From assembly GCA_965248695.1 (NCBI GenBank), contig CBDFKD010000002.1:2005201-2069200 (forward strand): DNA of 64,000 nucleotides, written 5' to 3'. The position numbers were made by a program, and so were the translations under genes. Under the pieces are notes generated by a model. The model did no database searches and was not told the origin of the DNA. It worked only from the letters and a program-made list of their open reading frames with translations. Source of the DNA: Acidobacteriota bacterium (GTDB taxonomy: Bacteria > Acidobacteriota > UBA890 > WLXD01). Below, in pieces: positions 37,529 through 46,337 of this stretch; the first letter of the stretch is position 1; every line of letters starts with the position of its first letter.

Positions 37529-38452
37529 GTGTTCGATGCGCGTCAACTCGGCCAGTATCGATTGACGGATCGTGTCGGGATGGGCGGAATGGGCGAGGTC
37601 TGGCGGGGTGAGCACGAGCTGTTGCCACGTCCCGCAGCCATCAAGCTGATCCGCCCGGACCGACTGCATACGAGCAGTGCGCTCGAGGTCGATGCGATGC
37701 TGAGGCGCTTCGAGCGTGAGGTGCGTGCGACCGTGACGCTCCGTTCGCCCCATACCGTGGAAATCTACGACTTCGGCATCACCGACGATCAGGTCTTCTA
37801 TTACGTCATGGAACTGCTCGACGGACTCGACCTGAGCAACCTGGTCAAGCGGTTTGGCCCCCTCCCGGAAGCACGTGTCGCCTACCTCCTACAGCAGGTG
37901 TGCGAGTCGCTTTCGGAGGCTCATGCCCAGGGCCTCGTGCACCGCGACATCAAGCCGGCCAACATCTATACGTGTCGGCTCGGCAATCGCTTCGACTACA
38001 TCAAGGTGCTCGACTTCGGTCTCGTGGCCGCTATCGACCCCGGCAACGAGTCGACGGCGCTGGTCGCCGAGGCCGGAGTGGCAGGAACACCCGCCTACAT
38101 GGCACCGGAGATGCTGCAGGGCGAGAAGTTCATCGATGGGCGTGCAGACATCTACGCGCTCGGATGCGTCGGCTACTGGCTGCTGACCGGACAGCTCGTC
38201 TTCGAGGGAGACAACGTCGTCGATATCGCGCGCGGCCACCTGACGGGGGCCGTCGTGCCACCTTCAGCGCGGTGTGGACGGCGGTTAGACCGCGCGTTGG
38301 AGGACGCGGTGGTGTCGTGCCTCGCCAAGGACCCAGCGCACCGGCCGGCCACCGCTAGCGATCTCTCTGATCAGCTGACGACGGCGACAGCGACTCGCGT
38401 CTGGATGAATGAGCAGGCCCGCGAGTGGTGGCAATCCAACCTGGCGCCGTGA
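37529..38452 (+). CDS. Hanks-type Ser/Thr protein kinase (catalytic domain only)
   Basis: A 307-aa ORF starting at GTG. It contains the glycine loop VGMGGMGEVW, AIK, HRDIKPANI, DFGL and GTPAYMAPE. There are no C-terminal TM or sensor domains. Confidence 0.8.
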   Translation: MFDARQLGQYRLTDRVGMGGMGEVWRGEHELLPRPAAIKLIRPDRLHTSSALEVDAMLRRFEREVRATVTLRSPHTVEIYDFGITDDQVFYYVMELLDGLDLSNLVKRFGPLPEARVAYLLQQVCESLSEAHAQGLVHRDIKPANIYTCRLGNRFDYIKVLDFGLVAAIDPGNESTALVAEAGVAGTPAYMAPEMLQGEKFIDGRADIYALGCVGYWLLTGQLVFEGDNVVDIARGHLTGAVVPPSARCGRRLDRALEDAVVSCLAKDPAHRPATASDLSDQLTTATATRVWMNEQAREWWQSNLAP

Positions 38453-38574
38453 GCCGTCGGCTTGGGTAGACATCCACCAGCTTGAGCATGAGTCGGTGTC
38501 CATCGCGTCGCACCCGACGTAAAGCACCGGCCGGTCTCTTATGATCGAGGCGAGCCGCGGAACGGGGGGAGGCA

Positions 38575-40899
38575 TTGGCCGGTAAGCGAACGAAGGAGCC
38601 GCAACACCTGCCGCCGGCACTGCGAACGCTGGTGGGCGATGTTCAGGCGATCCTCGGCGAGGTCGTGGCCGCGGCCGAGGGCGTCGATCTCTACGAGATC
38701 ATCGAGCGGGTGCGGCGCGACATGGTCGCGTTCCGCGAAGCTTCGAGTCGCCGCGGGCGTGCCGCCGCGCTGGCGCGCGGCAGGCGACGGCTTGTCGCCC
38801 TTCCGGTGAAGCGCCAGTTGCTAGTGGCTCGCGCCTACACCCTATATCTGGAGCTGGTGAACGTCTGCGAGAACGCCTTCCGTACCCATCGGCTGCGCGA
38901 ACGCCGCCGCGGGCGGTCGGAGGCGCGGGCGTGCATGACCTTCGTGCTGACCGCGCATCCCACAGAGTCGCGCTCGCCGGAGAACATCCGGCTGCTGCGC
39001 CGCGTCCAGGATCTACTGGTGGAATCGCTGCAGGCGGATCGACCGATCGACCGGTCGCAGCTCGGCAACCTCCTCCAGCTCGCCTGGCGCGTCGGCACCC
39101 ACCCGCCGCACAAGCCGACGGTCGAGGACGAGGCGTCGCACCTGTACTCGCTGCTCACCGATCCGATCCTCGACGAGATCGTCGCGCTCAACGCCTCGGG
39201 CCACCGGTTGCTGATGCGCACCTGGGTCGGGGGCGACAAGGACGGGCATCCGGGCGTGGGAGCAGCCCAGAGCCGGGCATCGCTGCAGCTCGCTCGCCAG
39301 CGATTCCTCGAGTTCGTGGAAACAAGCCTGATGGCGGCAATTCGCGAGGACACCTCGTTGCTCGGTAGCCTGCCGGTCGATCGGGGCCTGGCGGGCCTCG
39401 AGGCGGCGCTCGCAGCGGTCCGCAGGGTGAGGGCCGACGACGGCGGCCGCATCCTGAAGCTGCAGCGAAGCGTCCAGCGATTCCAGTCGGCCTACCGGCG
39501 CCGTGTGTCGGCCGAGCAGCCGCAGGTCGCGAACCTGGCCACGCTGCTCGATGTCTTCCCCGCGCTCGTGGTACCGCTTGAGCTGCGCGAGGAGCGCGGC
39601 CGGTTCGAGCGCGGCACCCCGATCGCCGCCATGCTGCGCACCCTGGGGCGGATCGCCGACGGCGGGCAGGTCGACTGGTACGCGCGCGGCTGCGTCGTGA
39701 GCATGACGTCCGAGGGATCTGATCTGATTCAGGCGCAGCGCCTCGTAACACGGATGCTGGGCCGGCCGCTCATCCCGGTGATCCCGCTCTTCGAGCTGCC
39801 CGAAGTGATCGCGCGGGCTCACGAGATTCTCGGCGATGCCTGGACGGATCGCGAGTTCCGCGCCTGCGCACGTCGGCGGGGCCAGGTCGAGGTGATGCTT
39901 GGCTACTCCGACACGGCCAAGCGCATGGGCATGCTGGCCAGCCGAGTCGGCGTCCATCGAGCGATGCGCGAGCTGGGGGCGTGGGCCGAGCGCCAGGACA
40001 TGCGGATGGTTTTCTTCCATGGCTCCGGCGGCAGCGTCGGGCGGGGCGGGGGTACGATCGACGACCTGGCGGCGACCTGGCCGCCGGCGGCGCTTTCGCT
40101 CTACAAGCACACGCTCCAGGGGGAGATGATCGAGCGCACCCTGGCGACGCCGGAGATCCTCCGCAGTCTCGTGCGCAAGGTGGCTTCGATCCAGGCCGAC
40201 CCGCCGGCCTATCGCGGCGTCGGCAAGCTCGCCGCCGAGCTGGCAGAGACCTCGGAGCGCGTCTTCGCTGAGCTTGTCGGCTCCGAAACATTCCACGACC
40301 TGCTCCGCGACGCGACGCCCTACGCGCGGCTCCAAGCGCTGACGATCGGCTCACGTCCGACGCGGCGCGCAGGCTCCGCCAAGAAGGCGGGTCTCGAGAA
40401 GCTGCGCGCCATCCCGTGGGTACTGTGCTGGACGCAGACGCGGCTTCTGCTCCACGCCTGGCTCGGAATCGGCGAAGCGTGGAGCCGGCAGGCGGAATCG
40501 GGCGACGCCGTCAAGCGCCTGACCTCGGCGCGGCGCCGCGACCCGCTGCTTCGCAGCTATCTGCGCCTGCTGTCGTTCACCCTCGCCAAGACCGAGCCGG
40601 AACTCTGGCTCGCCTATCGCCGGGCGCTGGCGCCGCGGGCGGCACGCAAGCTGGCACGCAACCTCGACGGCAGCTATGCCGCCGCCATCGAGCTCGCCTG
40701 CTCGGCCACCTCCGAAGGCACGCTGCTGCCGGATCGACCTTGGCTCGAGGAATCGATCCACTACCGGGCGCCGATGATCCACCCGCTCAACTTGCTGCAG
40801 ATCGAGCTGCTCTCGAAGCCGCGCTGGAGCCGCGACGAGCAGAGCCTCTTCCGCGAAACCGTCACCGGCATCGCGGCAGGAATGCTCACGACGGGCTGA
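38575..40899 (+). CDS. ppc: Phosphoenolpyruvate carboxylase
   Basis: A 774-aa ORF with VLTAHPTE, VMLGYSDTAKRMG, FFHGSGGSVGRGGG and a C-terminal AAGMLTTG. It is shorter than enterobacterial PEPC. Confidence 0.85.
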   Translation: MAGKRTKEPQHLPPALRTLVGDVQAILGEVVAAAEGVDLYEIIERVRRDMVAFREASSRRGRAAALARGRRRLVALPVKRQLLVARAYTLYLELVNVCENAFRTHRLRERRRGRSEARACMTFVLTAHPTESRSPENIRLLRRVQDLLVESLQADRPIDRSQLGNLLQLAWRVGTHPPHKPTVEDEASHLYSLLTDPILDEIVALNASGHRLLMRTWVGGDKDGHPGVGAAQSRASLQLARQRFLEFVETSLMAAIREDTSLLGSLPVDRGLAGLEAALAAVRRVRADDGGRILKLQRSVQRFQSAYRRRVSAEQPQVANLATLLDVFPALVVPLELREERGRFERGTPIAAMLRTLGRIADGGQVDWYARGCVVSMTSEGSDLIQAQRLVTRMLGRPLIPVIPLFELPEVIARAHEILGDAWTDREFRACARRRGQVEVMLGYSDTAKRMGMLASRVGVHRAMRELGAWAERQDMRMVFFHGSGGSVGRGGGTIDDLAATWPPAALSLYKHTLQGEMIERTLATPEILRSLVRKVASIQADPPAYRGVGKLAAELAETSERVFAELVGSETFHDLLRDATPYARLQALTIGSRPTRRAGSAKKAGLEKLRAIPWVLCWTQTRLLLHAWLGIGEAWSRQAESGDAVKRLTSARRRDPLLRSYLRLLSFTLAKTEPELWLAYRRALAPRAARKLARNLDGSYAAAIELACSATSEGTLLPDRPWLEESIHYRAPMIHPLNLLQIELLSKPRWSRDEQSLFRETVTGIAAGMLTTG

Positions 40900-40929
40900 C
40901 GGCCTGGCGTGGTTGGGCAACGAAAGCCT

Positions 40930-40946
40930 GCGAGGCGGAGCCTCGC
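40930..40946. terminator. Candidate bidirectional hairpin between convergent ppc and CocE/NonD genes
   Basis: gcgagg-cggag-cctcgc forms a 6-bp perfect stem with a 5-nt loop, lying exactly between the two stop codons. There is no U-tract. Confidence 0.3.
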
Positions 40947-42833
40947 CTACTCCTCGTCGTCGGCCACCGCTCCCGACCTGACGATCGGCAGGCTCACGTG
41001 CGACGGGTACTCCGCCGAGTGGTGCACGATCTGGTTGGCCAGCACCCACTCGGTCTCGTCGTAATTGTTGCCGCCGGTGTTCATGTTGCGGTCAAAGCGT
41101 GGGAAGTCGCTGCTCGTCACGTCGACACGGATGCGGTGGCCCTTGCCGAAGTAGTTCGACGACGAGTGCAGGTCGAGTCGGATCTCGTAGACTTCGCCTT
41201 CGTCCATCCAAACTGGGACAGAGTCGTTGTCGCGGTAGCGTACCCGACGGGCTCCCGACTGCAGGTTGAAGGCACGGCCGTCCGGGTACACGTCGACCAG
41301 CTTGAGCATGAAGTCGGTGTCCTTGGCGTCGGAGCCGACGTAGAGCACGGCGCTGATGTCGCCGCTCATCTCGATGCCTTCCTCGAGCGGCTCCGACGTG
41401 TAGACCAGGACGTCGGCGCGCATCTCGTTGTTCGACTGGTCGTAGGCACCGGATCCGTCGGGCAGACCAGTGCAGCAGGTGTTGCCGCCGCGCGTCGGCA
41501 CCGGAGTACCCGGGTCGTAAGTGTAGCGATCGGCCGGCTGGTCGCCGCTCGGCGCGCTCCACGACAGGGTGCCATCGCCAAAGCGGCTGTTGGCGCGGCC
41601 TCCCGAATTGAGGAACATCTTGGTGTCGGTGGTGCCCTGCGGCGGCCACACGTCCGACTCACGCCACTCGTTGGCGCCCATCAGGTAGTACTGCACCCTT
41701 GGCATGTCGGTGATGCCGTTGTCGTCGCCGTCGAGCCAGTGCGCCATCCAGCGCATGTAGATGTCGAGGAAGTCCTTGCGGGCGTCGCCGAGCTCGCGCT
41801 CACCGATGATGGTGTTCTCGGTGGCGCGCGCCCAGCCGCAATGGGTCGAGGGGGCGACGATGACGAACTGGTTGTTGCGCGCGTGTTCGCTGACGGCGTT
41901 GTCGCGCATCTGGTTGAACATCGTCAAGGTCTCGTCGACGCCGAAGTCGTACCAGGAGTCGATGTACAGCGCCGGCACGTCGAAGGTGTCGTCGGAGCGG
42001 ATGAAATCGTTGTCGTAGAAGTAGTCCGACTCCGGTGGGTTACGGAGGTACTCCTCGTAGTCGGTGTGCGTCATGCCGGTGTTCTTAACCAGGTCGATCA
42101 CCGGGAGCGCATCGAAGGCACCGACGCGGTTGCGGCCCCCACCACCTTCGACGCCACGACGCGGATCGGCGTAGTTCTCGAACTTGCGCGCCATTTCGCC
42201 CTTGAACCACTCCTCGCGATCGAGGTGATCTGGCGGCTGCAGGAACACCGTGCTGCCAGCGCCCATGAACCAACCGGCGGTCTGCGCCAGCTCGAACACG
42301 CCACCGTCGTACGACGCCCAGGGCCGGCCGGGCGGGTAATAGGCCGACGACGGCGCCTGCGGCAACGCCGCAATATGGTTGGGGTGCTTGGAGGCCGCCA
42401 GTGCCAGCTGTGTCTCCCCCAGGTACGAGCAGCCGAAGCTGGCCACCTTCTGGTCAGACCACGGCTGGCTGATCAGCCACTCCACCGTGTCGTAACCGTC
42501 CTCGCGATCCGAATAGCGCAGCCGATAGTTGCCTTCGGACTCGTAGCGGCCACGGATATCCTGCACCGCCACCACATAGCCCTTGTCGACGAACCTCGCG
42601 ACGGTGTCGCCGCGGCCGCTGTTCTCCTTGTTGTAGGGCGTGCGGATGAGGACGGTCGAGTGCGGACCCTCGGCACCATCGGGAAAGTACAGGTCGGTCG
42701 ACATGCGCACCCCGTCACGCATCGGCACCATGTTGCTGCGATCACGGCGCACCTCGTAACCGTCCTGGGAGGCCCAGCTGGATGCGCCCCCGGTTGCCGA
42801 AACAGCGATGACCAACGCTGCGATCAGGATCAT
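40947..42833 (-). CDS. CocE/NonD-family (S15, X-Pro dipeptidyl-peptidase-like) alpha/beta hydrolase, secreted; paralog 1
   Basis: Track ORF 40947..42959, with the start moved to M43 (MILIAALVIAVSATGG). Motifs LIRTPYNKEN and GCSYLGETQ (nucleophile elbow) are present. It is near-identical in long stretches to the next gene. Confidence 0.8.
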   Translation of the reverse strand: MILIAALVIAVSATGGASSWASQDGYEVRRDRSNMVPMRDGVRMSTDLYFPDGAEGPHSTVLIRTPYNKENSGRGDTVARFVDKGYVVAVQDIRGRYESEGNYRLRYSDREDGYDTVEWLISQPWSDQKVASFGCSYLGETQLALAASKHPNHIAALPQAPSSAYYPPGRPWASYDGGVFELAQTAGWFMGAGSTVFLQPPDHLDREEWFKGEMARKFENYADPRRGVEGGGGRNRVGAFDALPVIDLVKNTGMTHTDYEEYLRNPPESDYFYDNDFIRSDDTFDVPALYIDSWYDFGVDETLTMFNQMRDNAVSEHARNNQFVIVAPSTHCGWARATENTIIGERELGDARKDFLDIYMRWMAHWLDGDDNGITDMPRVQYYLMGANEWRESDVWPPQGTTDTKMFLNSGGRANSRFGDGTLSWSAPSGDQPADRYTYDPGTPVPTRGGNTCCTGLPDGSGAYDQSNNEMRADVLVYTSEPLEEGIEMSGDISAVLYVGSDAKDTDFMLKLVDVYPDGRAFNLQSGARRVRYRDNDSVPVWMDEGEVYEIRLDLHSSSNYFGKGHRIRVDVTSSDFPRFDRNMNTGGNNYDETEWVLANQIVHHSAEYPSHVSLPIVRSGAVADDEE

Positions 42834-42988
42834 GGACCAGCTAGCTTTCGTTCCGGGCACGGGTGCCTCCACTTCGAGATGTGGTTCGGGCAGACAGAGA
42901 TCGGGTGGCGAATCTGTATCACGTCCGCCGCCACGCGTGGAGGGTCGGCGACGGAGCACGAGCGAGTACCGTCCGGGTCAGTGCCTCG

Positions 42989-43009
42989 CCGTCGTCGTTC
43001 CACGACGAC
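42989..43009. terminator. Perfect 8-bp hairpin between the two CocE/NonD paralogs
   Basis: cgtcgtcg-ttcca-cgacgacg sits about 50 nt downstream of the paralog-2 stop on the transcribed strand. There is no U-tract, so this is at best a weak terminator. Confidence 0.25.
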
Positions 43010-43055
43010 GAAACCTACATTCCGCGCGCTCCGCCGAGCTCGCTACCCTGATCAG

Positions 43056-44996
43056 CTACTCATCGTCAGCTATCGCTCCCGATCTCACAATCGGCAGGAT
43101 GACGTGCGACGGGTACTCCGCCGAATGGTGCACGATCTGGTTGGCCACCACCCACTCGGTCTCGTCGAAGTTGTTGCCGCCGGTGTTCAGGTTACGGCTC
43201 CAGCGCGGGAAGTTGGAGCTCGACACCTCGACGCGGATGCGGTGGCCCTTGGCGAAGTAGTTCGAGGCGGCATGCAGATCCAGCTGGATCTCGTAGATCT
43301 CGCCCTCCTCCATCCACACCGGGACGGAGAGATTGTCGCGGTACCGCATCCGCCGAGCGCCCTCCTGGATGTTGAACGCGCGACCGTCGGGATAGACGTC
43401 GACGAGCTTCAGTGTGAAGTCGGTGTCCTTCGCATCGGAGCCCACATACAGCACCGCACCGAGGTCACCGCTGACCTCGATGCCCTCCTCGAGCGGCTCG
43501 GAGGTGTACACCAGGATGTCGGCCCGCATCTCGTTGGTCGACTGGTCGTAGCCGCCGGAGCCCTCGGTAAACCCGGTGCAGCAGGTGTTGCCGCCGCGAG
43601 TAGGCACCGGAGTCCCCGGATCGTAGGTGTAGCGATCGGCCGGCTGGCCGCCGTCCGGCGCGCTCCACGAGAGCGTCCCGTCGCCGAAACGGCTGTTGGC
43701 GCGGCCTCCCGACTGCAGGTAGATCTTCTCGCTCGTGGTGCCGGTAGGCGGCCAGTACTCGTCGCTGCGCCACTCGTTGGCACCCATCAGGTAGTACTGC
43801 ACCCGCGGCATGTCGGTGATGCCATTGTCCTCGCCGTCGAGCCAGTGGGCCATCCAGCGCATGTAGATGTCCTGGAAGTCCTTGCGCGCATCACCGAGCT
43901 CACGCTCGCCGATGATGGTGTTCTCGGTGGCGCGCTCCCAGCCGCAGTGGGTCGACGGCGCCACGATGACGAACTGGTTGCGCCGCGCGTGCTCGCTCAC
44001 CGCCTGGTCGCGCATCTGGTTGAACATTGTCAGCGTGTCGTCGACACCGAAGTCGTACCAGGAGTCGATGTACAGCGCCGCCGTGTCGAAGGTGTCGTTG
44101 GAGCGCACGAAGTCGTTGTCGTAGAAGTAATCCGACTCCGGCGGGTTGGCGGCGTACTCCTCGTAGTCGGTGTGGGTCATGCCGCGGTTCTTGACGATGT
44201 CGACGACCGGCAGGTGCTGGTAGGCCTCGAAGGCGTTCTCGCGACCGGCGTCCGGATAGACCATGAACTTGCGCGCCATGTCGCCCTTGAACCACTCGTC
44301 GCGATCAACGTGATCCGGCGGCTGCATGAACACCGTCGTGCCACTGTTGAGGAACCAGCCGGCGGTCTGCGCCAACTCGAACACGCCACCGTCGAACGAC
44401 GACCACGGGCGACCGGGGGCGTAGTAGGCCGCCGACGGCGCCTTCGGTATCGCCGCGACGTGGTTGGGGTGCTTGGCGGCCGCCAGCGCGAGCTGAGTCT
44501 CACCCAGATAGGAGCACCCGAAGGTGGCGACTTTCTCGTTCGACCACGGCTGGTTGATCAACCACTCCACCGTGTCGTAGCCGTCGTCGCGGTCCGAATA
44601 GCGCACCCGGTAGCGGCCCGCGGACTCGAAGCGCCCGCGGATGTCCTGCACGACCACGGCGTATCCCTTGGACACGAACGTCGGGATCCAGCCGGGATCG
44701 TCAGCGTCCTGGGTGCGACGATACGGATAGGTGTTTTCCTTGTTGTACGGCGTCCGGATCAGGATCGTCGACAGCGGGCCCTCGGCACCGTCCGGGAAGT
44801 AAATGTCGGTCGACAGCAGCGTCCCGTCGCGCATCGGCACCATGTTGCTGCGGTCCTTGCGCACCTCGTAGCCGCCGTGACCGTCCTGCCCGGAAGCCGC
44901 GGCGGACGCCCAGCCGGCAGTGCCAGCGGGAATAGACAGCAAGATAGCTAGAACGGCAACTACGATCAGGGACCAGGTTGTTCTTCTGCTTGGCAT
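43056..44996 (-). CDS. CocE/NonD-family alpha/beta hydrolase, secreted; paralog 2
   Basis: A 646-aa ORF with signal peptide MPSRRTTWSLIVVAVLAILLSIPAGTAG. It has the same motif set as paralog 1, and the C-terminal sequences are nearly the same (…HSAEYPSHV(S/I)LPIVRSGA). Confidence 0.8.
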   Translation of the reverse strand: MPSRRTTWSLIVVAVLAILLSIPAGTAGWASAAASGQDGHGGYEVRKDRSNMVPMRDGTLLSTDIYFPDGAEGPLSTILIRTPYNKENTYPYRRTQDADDPGWIPTFVSKGYAVVVQDIRGRFESAGRYRVRYSDRDDGYDTVEWLINQPWSNEKVATFGCSYLGETQLALAAAKHPNHVAAIPKAPSAAYYAPGRPWSSFDGGVFELAQTAGWFLNSGTTVFMQPPDHVDRDEWFKGDMARKFMVYPDAGRENAFEAYQHLPVVDIVKNRGMTHTDYEEYAANPPESDYFYDNDFVRSNDTFDTAALYIDSWYDFGVDDTLTMFNQMRDQAVSEHARRNQFVIVAPSTHCGWERATENTIIGERELGDARKDFQDIYMRWMAHWLDGEDNGITDMPRVQYYLMGANEWRSDEYWPPTGTTSEKIYLQSGGRANSRFGDGTLSWSAPDGGQPADRYTYDPGTPVPTRGGNTCCTGFTEGSGGYDQSTNEMRADILVYTSEPLEEGIEVSGDLGAVLYVGSDAKDTDFTLKLVDVYPDGRAFNIQEGARRMRYRDNLSVPVWMEEGEIYEIQLDLHAASNYFAKGHRIRVEVSSSNFPRWSRNLNTGGNNFDETEWVVANQIVHHSAEYPSHVILPIVRSGAIADDE

Positions 44997-45193
44997 GGGA
45001 GCCTCCGGAGTCGAGTAAGTCCGGGTCGAGCGGACTAGTCGTGGCGGATCTGTACCACGTTTTCCACCCAGGTTGCACGGGTGGCGGTGCGCTCTCGACA
45101 GACTCCGAGCCCTCGGGATTCTCCCGGCTGGGCCGCAGCTCGCGCAGCGGGCGAACCGAGGCTACGCATCTAGCAAGACTATCTTCGGCTGGC

Positions 45194-46018
45194 CTAGGAC
45201 TCTGAATCCCCGAAGCGGGCGTCGCGCCAGGCGATCGCCGCCTTCAGGCCGTCCTTGCGGGCGATGGCCATGAACTCCTCGCGTTCCGGAACCACCGCGG
45301 CCTCGATGAGCACGCCCATGTCGTGAGAGTCGCCGAGCGCCTCGCGCATACCCATGATGTCGTAGGTGCGATTGATCGCCTTCTTGGTAGTGGTCATCGA
45401 GAACGGGTCGATGACGGCGATCTTGCGCGCCATCTCCATCGCTGCATCGAGGTGCTCGCCTTCGCCCACCACCTTGTTGATCAGTCCCATCTGTAGACAC
45501 CGATCGGCCGACACTCGATCGTCACCGGTGAAGTACAGCTCCTTCGCCTGCTTGGGGCCGGTGAGCCAGGGGAGCAGCATCACCACCACCCCGGCGCCGA
45601 AGCGCAGATCGGGCTCGCCGAGCCTGAAGGTCTCGTCGGCAACGGTGAGATCGCAGGCGAGAGCAAGCTCGCAGCCGCCGGCGATGGCGTAGCCGTGCAC
45701 CGCCGAGATCGTCGGTTTTGGAAAGTTCCACAGCCGCATGATCGAGTCGAAGTCGCGCTGCAGCACCGGCGCGAGATCGACGACGTTGACGCTCCCTTCG
45801 TGCTCGGCCTCGTCCTTGAGGTCAAAGCCGGAGCAGAACGAGCGCCCGGCGCCGTGTAGGACGACGACGCGAACGTCGGCGTCCTTTTCGATCTGGTCGA
45901 GCACCGCGTCGAGGTCGTCGAGCAGCTGCTCGTTCATGGCGTTGAGCACCTGCGGCCGATTCAGCGTGATGACGCCAATCGGGCCGCGGCGCTCGTACTC
46001 GATGGTCTCGAAGGCCAT
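45194..46018 (-). CDS. Enoyl-CoA hydratase/isomerase (crotonase family)
   Basis: Track ORF 45194..46045, with the start moved to M10 (MAFETIEYERRGPIGVITLNRP). The oxyanion-hole region AVHGYAIAGGCELALACDL is present. Confidence 0.85.
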   Translation of the reverse strand: MAFETIEYERRGPIGVITLNRPQVLNAMNEQLLDDLDAVLDQIEKDADVRVVVLHGAGRSFCSGFDLKDEAEHEGSVNVVDLAPVLQRDFDSIMRLWNFPKPTISAVHGYAIAGGCELALACDLTVADETFRLGEPDLRFGAGVVVMLLPWLTGPKQAKELYFTGDDRVSADRCLQMGLINKVVGEGEHLDAAMEMARKIAVIDPFSMTTTKKAINRTYDIMGMREALGDSHDMGVLIEAAVVPEREEFMAIARKDGLKAAIAWRDARFGDSES

Positions 46019-46099
46019 TGGGCTAGTCCTGTTCACGTGCGGCAAGCAGACGCGCGAAGCGCCTCGACCGCGATGGATGATCGGGTGCGCGCGCTATCC

Positions 46100-46337
46100 G
46101 TGACGGATCCAGGCCGACCTGTCGGGCCTAGCCATGTCGGATCCATGCCGACCTGTTCGGCCTAACCATGTCGGATCCACGCCGACTCATTCGGCCTAAC
46201 CATGTCGGATCCACGCCGACTCATTCGGCCTAACCATGTCGGATCCACGCCGACTCATTCGGCCTAACCATGTCGGATCCACGCCGACTCATTCGGCCTA
46301 ACCATGTCGGATCCACGCCGACTTCGTGTCGGTGTAG
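46100..46337. repeat. Array of seven 34-bp direct tandem repeats (consensus gtcggatccacgccgactcattcggcctaaccat), each with a small hairpin
   Basis: Four perfect 34-bp copies occur at a period of exactly 34 nt (catg at 46167, 46201, 46235, 46269, 46303). They are flanked by two degenerate copies upstream and a truncated copy downstream. Each unit contains the inverted repeat gtcgg-atccacg-ccgac. The array overlaps the 3' end of the ALDH gene. Confidence 0.85.

Larger units (their letters stand above)
40947..44996 (-). repeat. Tandem direct duplication of a ~2-kb gene (two CocE/NonD paralogs)
   Basis: Long near-identical nucleotide runs recur in both copies, for example cgacgggtactccgccga(g/a)tggtgcacgatctggttggcca near 40990 and 43110. 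The proteins can be aligned along their full length. Confidence 0.7.

Noticed and set aside
40416-44951. A 1511-aa ORF on the plus strand, the longest in the track.
   Set aside because: It lies antisense across both CocE/NonD genes, which have strong family motifs. It is Arg/Gly/Val/Ala-rich with no recognisable domain, which is the typical stop-poor antisense frame of a very GC-rich genome.
46100-46337. A CRISPR array, as an explanation for the regularly spaced 34-bp repeats.
   Set aside because: The repeats are directly adjacent with a period equal to the repeat length, so there are no spacers. No cas genes occur in the window. The structure is a tandem minisatellite or REP-like array.
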